From Paraspadella gotoi (lineage: Eukaryota; Animalia; Chaetognatha): 64,000 bases of DNA. This document shows positions 1 through 12,480 of this stretch, piece by piece. The notes beneath the pieces are model-generated. The model saw only the letters and a list, made by a program, of their open reading frames with translations, did not search any database and was not told where the DNA came from. Location of the stretch: assembly GCA_051294375.1 (NCBI GenBank), contig CM119269.1, positions 9,608,782-9,672,781 of the forward strand. The letters are read 5' to 3'. How positions within the stretch are numbered: the stretch's first letter is position 1; every line of letters starts with the position of its first letter. The position numbers and the translations under genes were made by a program.

Positions 1-919
1 AAAAGGGGTGTAGTTAACCACCGAAAAATACGTTATACTTCCCAACCGTTCCCCATAAATCTATGAAGCTGTCAAAACAAAGAAGGAAAAATGAGTATGA
101 TTCTTGAAGAGAGGAAAGGTGAGAAGGAAGAGAGAGGAGAGAAAAGAGAAGAAACGGTGAGATGGAGAGTAGAAGGTTCATTGAGAAGAGTAATAGTTCA
201 TGAGGAGTAAGGAGTGATAGGCAGGGAGGAAGAGTAAATGAACAAGTGAAAGTGAGTAAGACTGAGGGAGAGCAAGAGGAGGAGAGCAGAAGTCAGGAGA
301 GACACCTTTGCGAGTGACAAGGCACTAATAGAGAGATGCAGAGAAATATTTGTCAGCGTTTTCACGTGAGACAGAGAACCGTAACTCTGTATCGTGTATG
401 ATTAATGTGAACTGTTCATTTTTTATGTTTATACACACATTTTTTATATTCATTGAAAGGCTGAAAATGAAATATGGAAAGGTAAGAAGGAAAAGTATTT
501 AATATACTGGCGAACTTATAAGAGAAAGATTGATTTTCACAACGAATTAATTTGTTTTAATTGCAGAACGAAATCTCAGCCGCAAACAATTTGTGAAATT
601 ACAAAAGTTTAAGCAATGTGACATTAAAGTTTGAAGAGAGAGAGAGACGACCGAGCGAGAGAGATGGATGAGAGAGAGAAGAGAAAGAGAGAGGAGAGAG
701 AGGAAGAAGAGGACTAACAGAGAGAGAGAGACGAATTTATAAAAAAATATAATTGAGGCAAGATGAAGATTTAATAGTGACGACGACAAACGACAGGAAA
801 TCTTCTTCTTTCTTCCTCTCTCGTCCTACCATGTTCTTGTTTTCGCTCCTTGCATTCTCTGTTACACAAGCCCAACAAAATAGATTTTTATAACCCCATA
901 CAGAAATGACATCGGCCTG

Positions 920-1060
920 AGTTGACTTGACAGTCATCCACTAATGACGTCGCCTTGAGTAGTCGCTTGCACAGTCGCTTGACAGATCGCACCATGATCA
1001 AATTGACAGTCGCCTGACAGTTCGCCAGAAATTTTGCCTGACAGTTCTCCTGACGTCCCT
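920..1060 (+). repeat. Degenerate 11-12-bp tandem repeat (TGACAGTCGCC/T)
   Basis: Recurrent ttgacagtcgcc / gacagtcgctt units in noisy sequence. Confidence 0.5.
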
Positions 1061-1662
1061 TATACATTCAGCTGTTCTGTGTCGATCAAAATGACGAATA
1101 ATTTTTTTTGACCATACAGCTGTCTTAGGAATGCCAGTGATTTTTTGATTACGCATTTTTCGGCTTAACTTGTCAATTTAATGACTGAGCAGCTTGTTCG
1201 TTCTTAAATCTGTCTATTGATCTGATAGTCACGTTACTATGCCAGATCATGTTCAATGTATTTAGTTGCATGAATTTCAGCTCACTTCTTTATTTGACTA
1301 TAATTGCATTGAATTAAAATGTTTTGCTATGTATACTAGCTTTACAAATTGTTCTAATCGATGAATAGTGGCAGCAGGCAGCATGGTAGTCTCTCTTCAA
1401 TAGGCTTTACAATCTTAGCCACAGTTTGAATCTAACCGCATTTTCAGGCGAAGGTTTTAGCTGCCGTTTTTAGAACTTCGGGCAGCCCAGGAGTAGACCG
1501 ACAACCGACCAATCTATACCCTTTGCCCGAATACTGAATACCGTTCTTCTGGTTCGACCGACCGATTAGTCGGCCAGATGATCATGACTGCCGGACACCG
1601 TTTGCGGCTTTTGCTGCGGACATATCGATTTGAATCTCTCTCTCTTCATCTCTCTCTCTCTT

Positions 1663-1694
<32 letters not shown>

Positions 1695-3924
1695 ATCTCT
1701 CCTCTCTCTCTCTCTCTCTTTCCCCTTTATTAAGTATCACTCCACCTCTCACTCATTTTTTCTCTCCCCCCAATCCATTTAAGCCGTTGTCCCTTTTCAA
1801 ATATAATATACAATATAGTAAAACATTTTAAATTAAACATAATTTCAAAGCAAAAGTGTGAAACGAATTCGATCCACATTATTAATAATTAACAGCGCAA
1901 TCGAAAAATAAACTATTACAAAGTTTGTGAGAAAAAATTCAAGTTGACGAAGCAGATCTTTGTTAAACAGAGCCTTGAACATAAGACTAAGAAAAGGGAA
2001 AAAGGATAAAAACGAAAAATAAAGAAAAAAAAATAAGCAAAAGAAATTTAGAAGAAAGAGTCGTTTTGGAACTTGGTTCAACATAAAAAAAAAAAAATTT
2101 TCAAATTTTCAAAAATTTTTTTTTTTAAAATTTTTGCTTCCTATTGCCCCTGACTATTGAACATCTCATGGTTGTTTTAGGGACTATCCATCAAACCTTA
2201 CAAGATTAACATACACTAGCAGTCCTACAGTTTTCAATCAATCGTCTCTCGCAAGTCTCGTATTCATCTTACAGGGGCTGGGGGAACTGGATTCCCGAAT
2301 AGTAAAATGTGTAAAATAATTTCAAAGAATTTCAATAACACTCCTCAAGTATTATTTAGATTTCAATAATAATAATAATAATATTAAATAATCAATAATA
2401 ATAATAATTAATAATAATAATATAATAAATATATAATAATAATCAATAATAATAATAATTGATTTTTATTTTCATACATGATTTTGAGAGGAAATTAAAA
2501 TACTTCCAACTTCGAGAAAATAATAAAAAATTTAAAAAAATTTAATTAATTAATTAAAAAGAGCTAGAATTCTGAAGGTAACACCCTCTGCTTAACGAGA
2601 GTTCTTAATGGGATACGACGATGACCATAATCAAAATTAATAACTTGAGTTGCCGTCAGAACCGCTCAAGAAGCAATGAAGAGTTAATGAGAACGATAAC
2701 GGATATAATGTGACGTCAAATCGGAAAGATAGATGAAGAGAGAAGAGAGAGGAAAGAAAGAGAGAGAGAGTAGAAGGACGGAGGAGGAGAGAAGAGAGAG
2801 AGCATAGAGCATGAGAGAAGAAGAATCATGTTAATAGCCGTTATGTGAAAAAAAATACAAGAAAACAAAAAGGAAAAAAAAAAATTCAGATCTGAAAAAA
2901 GAAAAACAAAAAGAGAGAGAAAAAGAACTAAAAGAGAAGAAAAGAAGAAGACATCAAAAAAGAGAAGAAGACCAGAAAGAATAAAGTAAAAAGAACAAAA
3001 AGAGAGAATTCAAAGCTGGGAAAAGGCAATATAGTCGGTTCAGCCTCAAAATTGAAAAATAAGAGCTCGATGACGAAATTACTCGCATGAAAGACCCGTC
3101 CCTCATAAGAGATAGGAGAGAGATGAGAAGTAGAGTGAGAAGAGACCAGTAGAAAGAGAGGGAAGAGGAGTATGATGGAGGAGAGAAGATAGAGAAGTGA
3201 GAGAGAAGAAGAGAGAAATCAATAGATAATTATGATTGCGGACAATTTTTTTATTTCTTAAATAATACTATTTTTTAAAATTAAATCGAAAATTCATAAG
3301 TATAATAAACTTCTGTGTAATAAACCTTACTGAGTTACGAGCTCGTCCGAGCCAACCGTGAAAAAAAAAAAGAAAAAAAGAAGAGAAAAAGAATAGTTAA
3401 TTAAAGATAAATAAATAATGAAAAAAAAATCTTCGCGATTGCAATAAATTAAAATAAAAAGGAGAAAAGCTTAAAAGGGAATTCTCATGCGGAGGAAGCC
3501 ACGGATATGAAGAAGATCCAGAGAGAGAGAGAGAGATGGAGAGAGAGAGAGAGGAGAGAAGAGAGAGAGGAGAGAGTAGAAGAGAGCATTGATTAATGAG
3601 TTGGCGCTCGACTTCGTTGAGCCAACCTTTACTTCGACGATCAAGCCAAGAAAAGAAAGAGAGAAGAGAGAGAAGAGAGAGACAGTAGACCAGAGAGAAG
3701 GAATAGATAAAGATGTATTATTAATATTTGCTCTAATTTCGCTGCTGCTAATTTTATTTTGATTAATATTTTCCGATCTGCATCAGTTCAGCTAAAAAAA
3801 ACTGCAGCGTCAACCGGTTTCATGGAAAACCAGTAATTTGATTCAAAAGCGAAGAGAGTGAAAGAGAAGTCTACGTTTATCAAATTTTTCAAATGCAACG
3901 CACACGAATGAATTTGTATCGAGT

Positions 3925-4250
3925 CATTGCCTAGGTTCACCCGCCTATAAGCATACACTTCAGTCCTTGACTGTGGCTCAATTGAGTAATCATCCTACAT
4001 GACCACTCATGACCATCTTCAGCCCACTTAGCGCCTTATCCACACTGGTGAGCATACTTGTCTAGCGTATCCAAACCTTCTGATTCAGGCCCTATGGAAC
4101 GTGCTGAAGATTCTGCTCCTCCCTCCACTGGAAGCAGTGCAAGGTGTACAATCTGGGGCATGTAATCGGCATTGCTAGGTTTCACCCGCCTATAAGATGA
4201 CACTTCAGTCTGACCCTGTGCTATTTGAGTAAAGCCATCAGCTCATGACA
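3925..4250 (+). repeat. Local direct repeat (~80 bp, copies ~245 bp apart)
   Basis: cattgc(c)taggtt(t)cacccgcctataag...cacttcagtc at ~3925 and ~4170. Confidence 0.6.
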
Positions 4251-4829
4251 CTAGTACGGTTCAATCCACCCCGTTTACCCATCTGCGGAAGCTTGACGGC
4301 GTAAAGCCGCTTGGGTCATGACAACCCTCAAGCATGTCAAGTTTACGTAATTATCTTCGCCACTTACAGCCTTATCCATATAATTAAACAAATTTTTTTT
4401 GTGAATTTTACGGCCTGAAGTTTGGATGGGCCCCATTAAAAGTCAAATTTAGTCTTTTTTCTTTCGACTTTGTCATTAAAATTGACATTACTTTTTTCAC
4501 TAAATTTATATTGGTGTACCAATTTCATAAAGAGAGTTTTTAAAATCTTAAATTAATTAATATTTTATCTAGACATTGCGAAATTCTTTCTTTGTCTTTA
4601 CCTCAATCTCATAGTTTTACTTAATAACGTTTAAATATATTTATTGTTGTTTTCTTTAAATTTATCGGATTTTATCAGATCGCTGATTCTATTCCATTTT
4701 TGGTCCGTTCCATCTGCGATGATCTTTATTGTATGTAGTTTCGGTATAAAAATATAAATAAAGAAAATAACGGGTTTTTTTTTTAAGTGTCATTTAGTTT
4801 TCGATTCCACACTTAAAGACAAATCCGGT

Positions 4830-7033
4830 TAAACCTCCGAGTGCAGAAACAAAGGACTCGTTTCAAAGCATCGTAATTCGCATGAACCTCATGCCCCAGT
4901 CGCCTGATTCAACGCCTGTTTCTCTGTTCTGTGCAAAACTCCGCCTGTCGACGTCATTCGTTCATCGGCTTCGTCGTCATGTCTCTTTGATCGGCATCAA
5001 TCACGCGTGTTGTGGTTCTTTTATGAGGCTTGGCCTCTAAGTTAAAGGTTTTTTGCGAAATGTTATTATTGTTGATGTTTTTTTTAATAATTTTTAAATT
5101 TTTAACTGCCGTACTTATGTCATTATCTTGTTAAGAGTTATGAAGCCTTAACACCCAAAGCCTTCAAATCAGGGCAAGATAGCTTATTTATTAAATGAAT
5201 GGAAATTTTTATATTGGTGTACAATTTCTTAAGAAAATTCATTTGCTTTTTTCAAATATAAATGATTCGATTCTCAATTCACCTGTAAATCTCACGACAG
5301 GTCTTTCATCAGGTTTGGCGCTTGGAATTCTCTTCCCTCATTCGACTCTCATTTGGATACAAAGTCTCGGTTCGGGTTCAACGTCTTGTCTCCGTCACGC
5401 CGTCGTCTTGAGGAAATTGTCGGGGAGATCGTCGTCGCAATCGTCGCGCGTCGTCGTCGCCGTTGCGTGAGTTGAAGTTTTAAATTAAAAAAAGTATAAC
5501 GGAGACTTATTTATTAATCATTATGTATACTACTCTCTTGAGATAATGGACTACAAATATTGTGAGAAAGAATGATTGAAAGCTTGCTCTCTAGAAAGAG
5601 AAGAAAGAGAAAAGATACTAAGGGCTAAATTTAGGTTTTCAATACATGGAAATCTATTTCATAGTTAAAATTTTAGTTAAACTATACAAGTCTATACTAT
5701 ATTGACTAGGTGTTCAATAGTTCTGACACTTATCACGTTAGGAAAGAGAAGAGGATAAAGAGAGGGGACACAGAACCAATAAATATTTAGACGAATTACG
5801 TGCCTACGAGCAAATCTGCGAGTTGAACATTGGCTTTGTTGGTTCTTCCAAACTTTACTCTTTATATAATTCATTGATGTTATTCCATGAATATAATGTT
5901 CAGGCGAAGTATTGCAGTCTGATAGAATCGTTATAAAGTACATAATAATGTACATTAATATTAGTATCTTCTAACAGCAGGCCTATACTTCATAATGGTC
6001 TTGGAATCGAAATTAGAGCCGAGGACTAGCTGCACTTGCATACGTACTGAGGAAATAACAATATTACCGGACGCACTAAGTATTACTATTGTATCTCTTT
6101 ATTACTATGTATACTTATTATTAATAATTATATTTATGTACATTATATTGTAATTTAATACAGGTCATTATATTTAATATTATCAATATTCAAAATTATC
6201 TTTCAGATACTCTTTCTGATCTCATTAATTGAACAAGCTGTGATTGATTTTAACATGTAAGAAGCATCAAAACAATAACATGTATATCTATATCTCTCTA
6301 CAATCTTATATATTTAAGGCTTTCAATACGGATATATATATATTTATACATATGCATAAATAATTTAACATATCTTTTATAATAATAAACTAGTACAACA
6401 TAAAAAGTTAAATAAATAAATATCTAATAACATCATCTCATACAAACTCAAGGGTTTGGATCAAAATAACTAAACCTTATATCTAATATTATTGATATAC
6501 ACAATGCCTAACTTCTCCTTCTCCACTCATTCCTCACAGGCATGGATTTCTTACAATGCTGTCTTCTGGATCATGCATTATTACCAGTAATATTGAACGC
6601 GAGGAACAGATAAAGATCTGAGCAATACGATTCTGGCTAGACGATGCGTATTTGGCTCGGAAAACGACCAGAATCAACCTGCGGCAGAGAACGTTCTGAT
6701 CTATAATGCAATGAGATCATAACGTATGGAAAAGATTGCAAAAAGCACATCGTTCAGGATCGAGAGACCGGCTCTCTTCACACCGTGCTCCGCTTAAGAG
6801 GTTCGCAAGACTATTGTACTCACTTCAAGAGTGTCTCTTCGCTGCTCTTCCTTTCTCTACGGATTTCTTCAATCCTTTCGGAATTCTGGGGATAAACGTC
6901 TTTCTGCCTCCACTGCTGTACCGATCCTTTGCCAGGTCTGATTTTTAATTATTATTATAATATTTTATTAGTAATTATGAGTTGTTGTACTACATACAAA
7001 TGCAATTAATTCATTTGCCAGAAGAGAGACAAA

Positions 7034-7065
<32 letters not shown>

Positions 7066-7263
7066 ATTGTCGATATTAATTTTATTTGAAATTTAATTCC
7101 TCAATTTCTGGACCCAAATTGTCTCTCCTCGGAAAACGCGACATCAGAATCTTCGACCCAAATTCACAATCAAATCTCGACGGTTCTTTCCTTTATGGCG
7201 TCGTGAATTTCAACATGATCTATCATCGGACGCCTCACTTGGGGTCCTTTGGGTGAGAGAGAG

Positions 7264-7306
<43 letters not shown>

Positions 7307-8480
7307 GAGGAGATAAGAGAGAGAGAGGAGAGAGAGAGAAGAGAAAGAGAAGACAAGGAGTTAGAAAGATGCGGAAAGTTTAAAGACAAAAACAGAGAGT
7401 AAATAAACTATCTGACATTCGAAGAGACGAGTAATTTAAAAAAAGAGAGATGGGAGACTACCAGCCTTCTTAACAAATACAAACAGAAATATTGCACATT
7501 ATACAAGACTGCCAGATCAGACTGTAGAGAAAAATAAGAAAGATTTTGAATATAAAGGAATAAAACAACTGGCACAACAACAAGTGGAGATGCTCGACGA
7601 AGAGAGAAAACCATTTCTTTTACCTTCAGCGACTCGGATAAGATCCCATCGCCGTCCTCCTCGCCAACTCTGTCGTCATCGTCGTCGTCGTCGTCGTCCA
7701 CATCTTCGTCGTCGACTCCTTCATCGGCCTCTCCGCTCTGACGGCCGCATCGGGATTCTTCATCCAGAGTTGGTATGTCTCGAGTAGAAAGATTCATTTG
7801 CATATTGTCGCGATTCGATCGAGAAAAGATAAATTTTGATGCTATCGCTTTAAAGTTTGATTATCGCGTGTTTCCTATCGCAAATATNNNNNNNNNNNNN
7901 NNNNNNNNNNNNNNNNNNNNNNNNNNNNNNNNNNNNNNNNNNNNNNNNNNNNNNNNNNNNNNNNNNNNNNNNNNNNNNNNNNNNNNNNNNNNNNNNNNNN
8001 NNNNNNNNNNNNNNNNNNNNNNNNNNNNNNNNNNNNNNNNNNNNNNNNNNNNNNNNNNNNNNNNNNNNNNNNNNNNNNNNNNNNNNNNNNNNNNNNNNNN
8101 NNNNATCATCAAAATACTTTAATTATGTTTTCTTGTGGTTCCGTCGCTAATAGAATTATAATATTAACATCTTTTACAGGTACACCCTCGTCTGGATCGT
8201 CATCTACGATCTCTTCGGCGCGGCGGGAGACGCCGACGTCGTCGCCGGCGTCTTTTTCAGCGTCACTGCCCTCAGCGCCTTCGCCACTCCGGCGGCGCTG
8301 TCTGCATTGCTGAACGCGCTCGGTGAAGGCGCCGCAGAGTGTTTAACAGAGCAGCGAGCTCATCGAAAGGCGTCGAGCGTGGCGGCGTTGGCGCTGATCT
8401 CTTCCATCTGCTTTGTTGCTGTCGTTTGTCAGTTTTGGATTCTGTGGTGGCAGACGAAGAGAAAGGGAGAGAAAGATTGA
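4830..8480 (+). CDS. Major facilitator superfamily transporter, SLC16/monocarboxylate-transporter-like; multi-exon, 5' end unresolved, sequence noisy
   Basis: Exon 7630-7772 (ttcag|...|gtatgt) splices in phase 2 to terminal exon 8180-8480 (ttttacag|): ...DSFIGLSALTAASGFFIQSW-YTLVWIVIYDLFGAAGDADVVAGVFFSVTALSAFATPAALSALL...ALALISSICFVAVVCQFWILWWQTKRKGEKD*. Noisier upstream hydrophobic exons lie at ~7100-7252 (STVLSLYGV...IIGRLTWGPLG), ~6770-6935 (FNPFGILGINVFLPPLL) and ~5301-5466 (GLSSGLALGILFP). The pattern fits C-terminal MFS helices. There is one in-frame TAA at 7639 and several frameshifts in low-quality sequence. The family call is by eye. Confidence 0.6.
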
Positions 8481-9190
8481 TTTTTGCTTTGTTACATATA
8501 TGTTTTATAAAATAAACATATGTCAATGCAATTTTTGTTTCGAAATAAAAAGAGAAGAAAATGAAAACAAAAGTTTTTTATCTTGTCTATGCTTCCTCGT
8601 AGTTTTCTCCACAAATTAAACAGAAGCGCGTTCAATCTAATTCACCTCATTTTAATTATCTGATCGAGACAGCAAGCATTGGGATTGATTATCCAACTGA
8701 TATTGAGAAGAGGAATGAGAAGACATTTATGAAAAGAGAGAGTAGAGAGAGAGAGAGAGATCATGATGATGATCAATATACGAAACACCAAGAAAGAGAG
8801 AGAGAAAGTCAGAGATTACAACTCTTCTAGAAGCTTCGAGAAAGCGCTCCATCTCACATTCGCTCTCCGCTCATCCCCCAGCCCACGATCCTCTCAGCCT
8901 CATCAGCCTCATCTCAATCTTCAGTGCACAGAAGTTTTAACTCATCGATCCAAGTTGAAAAATCGCACGCGGATCGAGAAACGAAACAAAGAAACAAATA
9001 AACAAAACCAAAACAAACGAAAAATAACACAAAGAAAATTTTAAAACAGTCCACAAAAAATTTTGACGAACTTTGTTCTTTATCCCTACACAAAGCGGCT
9101 CGTTCATTCTTTTCCGCTACTTACCTCGTTCTCTTTCTTCGATCTTTACCTTCTACGTCACTCAACTTACCCTGACTTACCCAAACCATC

Positions 9191-12100
9191 ATGTCCTTCA
9201 ATTCTGTGACCCTGTCACAACTCGGCGTCCAAGGGGAACGGACTTCCGGCGCCGACGTCCGCCAGCAGAACATCATGGCGGCAATGGCCGTGGCGAACAT
9301 CGTCAAATCAAGTTTGGGTCCAGTTGGTTTGGACAAAATGATGGTGGACGACGTGAGTGAGAAATTGCGATTATTATTGCTTAAAGATTTAAGTTTTATT
9401 TAGCTTATTAATTAGTTTATATCATAATTACACCTTTTAACTCTAACGCCCGAGTTTTGACTTTGATTGTTCTGTTTCGGCTCGGCGCGGCAAGGGGTGA
9501 GAAAAAAACTTCGACCGTAAAAATTGACAAAAATTGAAAATTGACACCCGATTTGCGTCTCCGTTAAAAGAGGTCGCCTTTTTTAATGCCTTTTTAAAGA
9601 AAGGCATTGAGATTTTATTGACCTTCGATCACAAATTTTGTACTATCAAGTTTTAATACGTATTTGTGTAACTGTACTTGGAAAAGGTTTAGTTACATTG
9701 TCGCCGTAAGTCATTCACTTTCTCAATTGTTTTATTAACTTTGCATTTACTCTTTCGTTCATTCGTTGATTTACTCTCACTGTCTCTCACTTCTATTATT
9801 CTACTTATCACACTTTTTATCACCTCTCACAGATGACTTAACAGTCTTTTTCATTATCACATTTTATAATTCATTCTATCACTCCTTTTATCACTTTTAT
9901 TATCACTCCTCACAGGTGGGCGATGTGACAGTCACCAACGACGGCGCCACGATCCTTCAACTCCTCGACGTCGACCATCCTGCGGCCAAAGTCCTCGTCG
10001 AGTTGGCGCAGTTGCAGGTCGGCAATGAATTTGTTTTCTTTTTAAACTGATCTTGTTTTGTATTGGTTTTTTTATTTGTTTTGATTTTGTTTTTTTCTGC
10101 GTTTTGTTCGGTTTTGGATTTCTTATTTGTCTCTTTTTTTAATATTTATGTAAAATATTTGAAATAATACTTTTATAAGATTTTATAATGTGTTTTATTA
10201 ATTTTTTTAAAAATTTTGTCGTGCCAAACTGTCCACCACTGTGCCACCCCTCCTTCCACTCTCCGACCACTCACCCACCCTTCTCTCCACTCTGCAACCA
10301 TTCACCATCCCTAAAGGACGAAGAAGTCGGGGACGGCACCACCAGCGTTGTCATCGTCGCGGCGGAACTCCTCAAGAACGCGGAAGAGCTCGTCCGCCAG
10401 CGCATCCACCCCACGAGCATCATCTCGGGATTCCGTATGGCCTGCAAAGAGGCCGTCAACTACATCAACGGTCACCTTCTGGCGCCGACGGAGTCGTTGG
10501 GCCGGGAATGCGTCGTCAACGCGGCCAGGACCTCCATGTCCTCCAAGATTATCGGGTCGGAATCCAAGTTCTGGGCGGAACTGGTCGTCGACGCCTGCGA
10601 GGCTGTTAAGGTTAAGGGGGGAATTATGTTGTGGGTTGATTGTGGAGTTGGTTCTGTTGATGGCGAAGGTTTATGCCGTCGATTGTCGATCTGAGATGTT
10701 AATAAATTATTTATGACATCAATTTCATTCATATGACAAAAAAGACCTCACCTTGGACATTCGTCAACTTCCTTTTCGGTATTTGCTTTTTCTTTAATTG
10801 TCAAACCTTTCGGTTTGTCAGTCAGTCATTATCAACGCATTTGACTCTCACATTCAAATTCAGGTGACGGATTCAAGCGGACCTTGCGGATTCAAATATC
10901 CCATCAAGGCTGTCAACGTTCTCAAGGTAGGCAACATCATTGCATCGAGAAAAAAAATAATCGCGAAAAAAAATTTTCAAAATGATTATTAAAATTAAGT
11001 ATTGTCTATTGAAAATTGTTAATCTATGGTCTTTGTAACTGTTTATAAATAACCAATCCATGATTATTGATAAATGCCCTTTAGTAAGGCTAAAAAATCC
11101 TCTACATGTTTTAGTAAAACTTTTTAAATCGTTAAATGATAAAGAATACCTTACCCTACCTTTATCCCTACCTTACCCCTATCCCAAAAAAACAAAAGGC
11201 CCACGGTAAAAGCTCCAGCGAATCTCGTCTCATCGACGGTTACGCCCTCACAAAAGAAGAGAAGCGGAAGTGCGCCGCAAGAAGTTCGTGCGGCGACAAA
11301 GAGCTGAGTTCTGCTTCAAACGAGCCGCCCGGCCCGAAACGGCAGCCCTCGAATTCTCGTGCGGCGGCGCCAAACGACTTATGTGCGAAACGAAAATAGA
11401 GAGGGGCGCTGCAACGACGCCCCTCTGCGTCGTCAAACGCGTCCTGGAAATCCGCGCTCGTCGTCAGCGGGCGGAGGCTGCGTCGAAGCTGCGCTGTCGG
11501 TTTCATCTCGAGACGCTGGCGACGACGCTTGGGGTGCGGGAGCAGCTGGCCGGTGGCGGAGTTTGCAAAGCGCGTTGACTGTCATTCCTAAGGTGAAGAC
11601 TGAGGAGGTTGTTTGTTGTTGTATTGTCGTTGTCTTTTTCCGCTGTTTGGTATATTTGGTTTTTGTTNNNNNNNNNNNNNNNNNNNNNNNNNNNNNNNNN
11701 NNNNNNNNNNNNNNNNNNNNNNNNNNNNNNNNNNNNNNNNNNNNNNNNNNNNNNNNNNNNNNNNNNNNNNNNNNNNNNNNNNNNNNNNATTGCGTCAAAG
11801 CGTCTGACGCGATGCCACGACGTCTCCTCGACGCCAAGATCGCCGTCTCTCGACTTCAAGCCTCAACAAGACGAAGATGAAGTTGGGCTGGAGAGTCCTC
11901 GTCCGCGACGTACCGCCAGGCAGCTGGAGGCCATCCGGCGCCGAGAGATCCGATCTCACTAAAGAGGCGTCCCGTGAACCGGACTCGGCCTGGCCGCCGC
12001 CGATCTCTTTCTCTCGGGGGGGGTTATTTGTTGGTTTTTTTTTCTTGGTTTTATTTTTCTTTTCGTTGAGTTTATTTTGTTTGTTTTTAATTTTAGACAC

Positions 12101-12480
12101 TTCTTTCGAATTCTTTCACACGAAGTGTTTAACATTGATATTAATTATCAAGACAAACAAAAAACAATTATAAAAATCCTTTCCTCCAGGTCCTGTCCAC
12201 CAACGCTGGTCAAGACGCCACGGAACTCGTCGCCCGTCTCCGCGCCTTCCACCACGCCTCCCAGACGAACGCAGAGCGGGAGGCGCTCAAGTGGGTGGGG
12301 CTCGATCTCTCGGAAGGCGTCGTCCGCGACAACTTGAAGGCCGGCGTCCTGGAACCGGCCGTCGCCAAGATCAAGAGCCTCAAGTTCGCTACTGAGGCGG
12401 CGATCACGATTTTGAGGGTGGATGACTTGGTCAAACTGGTGCAGAATGAAGCCGAAGGTGGTGGGGACGGGTGTCAGTGA
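9191..12480 (+). CDS. TCP1: T-complex protein 1 subunit alpha (CCT1 chaperonin)
   Basis: Exons 9191-9352 ([32 protein letters not shown]), 9916-10017 ([34 protein letters not shown]), 10317-10610 ([40 protein letters not shown]...), 10864-10926 ([11 protein letters not shown]), 11199-11250 ([17 protein letters not shown]), ~11789-12000, ~11251-11592 and 12190-12480 (...[24 protein letters not shown]...CQ*). The clean junctions are GT-AG and phase 0. The middle is frameshifted, gapped and out of order. Confidence 0.96.

Noticed and set aside
1-3800. ORFs and possible genes in the first 3.8 kb, and ORFs built on (AG)n/(CT)n/(TTTC)n tracts elsewhere
   Set aside because: Low-complexity, error-rich sequence; the translations (SLSLSL, ERERER, FFLS) simply reflect microsatellites.
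5280-5312. Minus-strand CTGATGAAAG-ACCTGT...ACAGGT-GAA as a second hammerhead
   Set aside because: It overlaps a plus-strand splice acceptor and exon, and lacks GAAA and the stem III/cleavage triplet.
7408-7803. Acidic minus-strand ORF (DDDDDD...) as a gene divergent from TCP1
   Set aside because: It is the antisense shadow of the Val-rich plus-strand transporter exon, which has proper splice sites.
9353-11198. Intronic snoRNAs in TCP1 (the vertebrate gene hosts H/ACA snoRNAs)
   Set aside because: No convincing C/D or H/ACA box arrangement with terminal stems seen by eye; an Infernal/Rfam scan would be needed.
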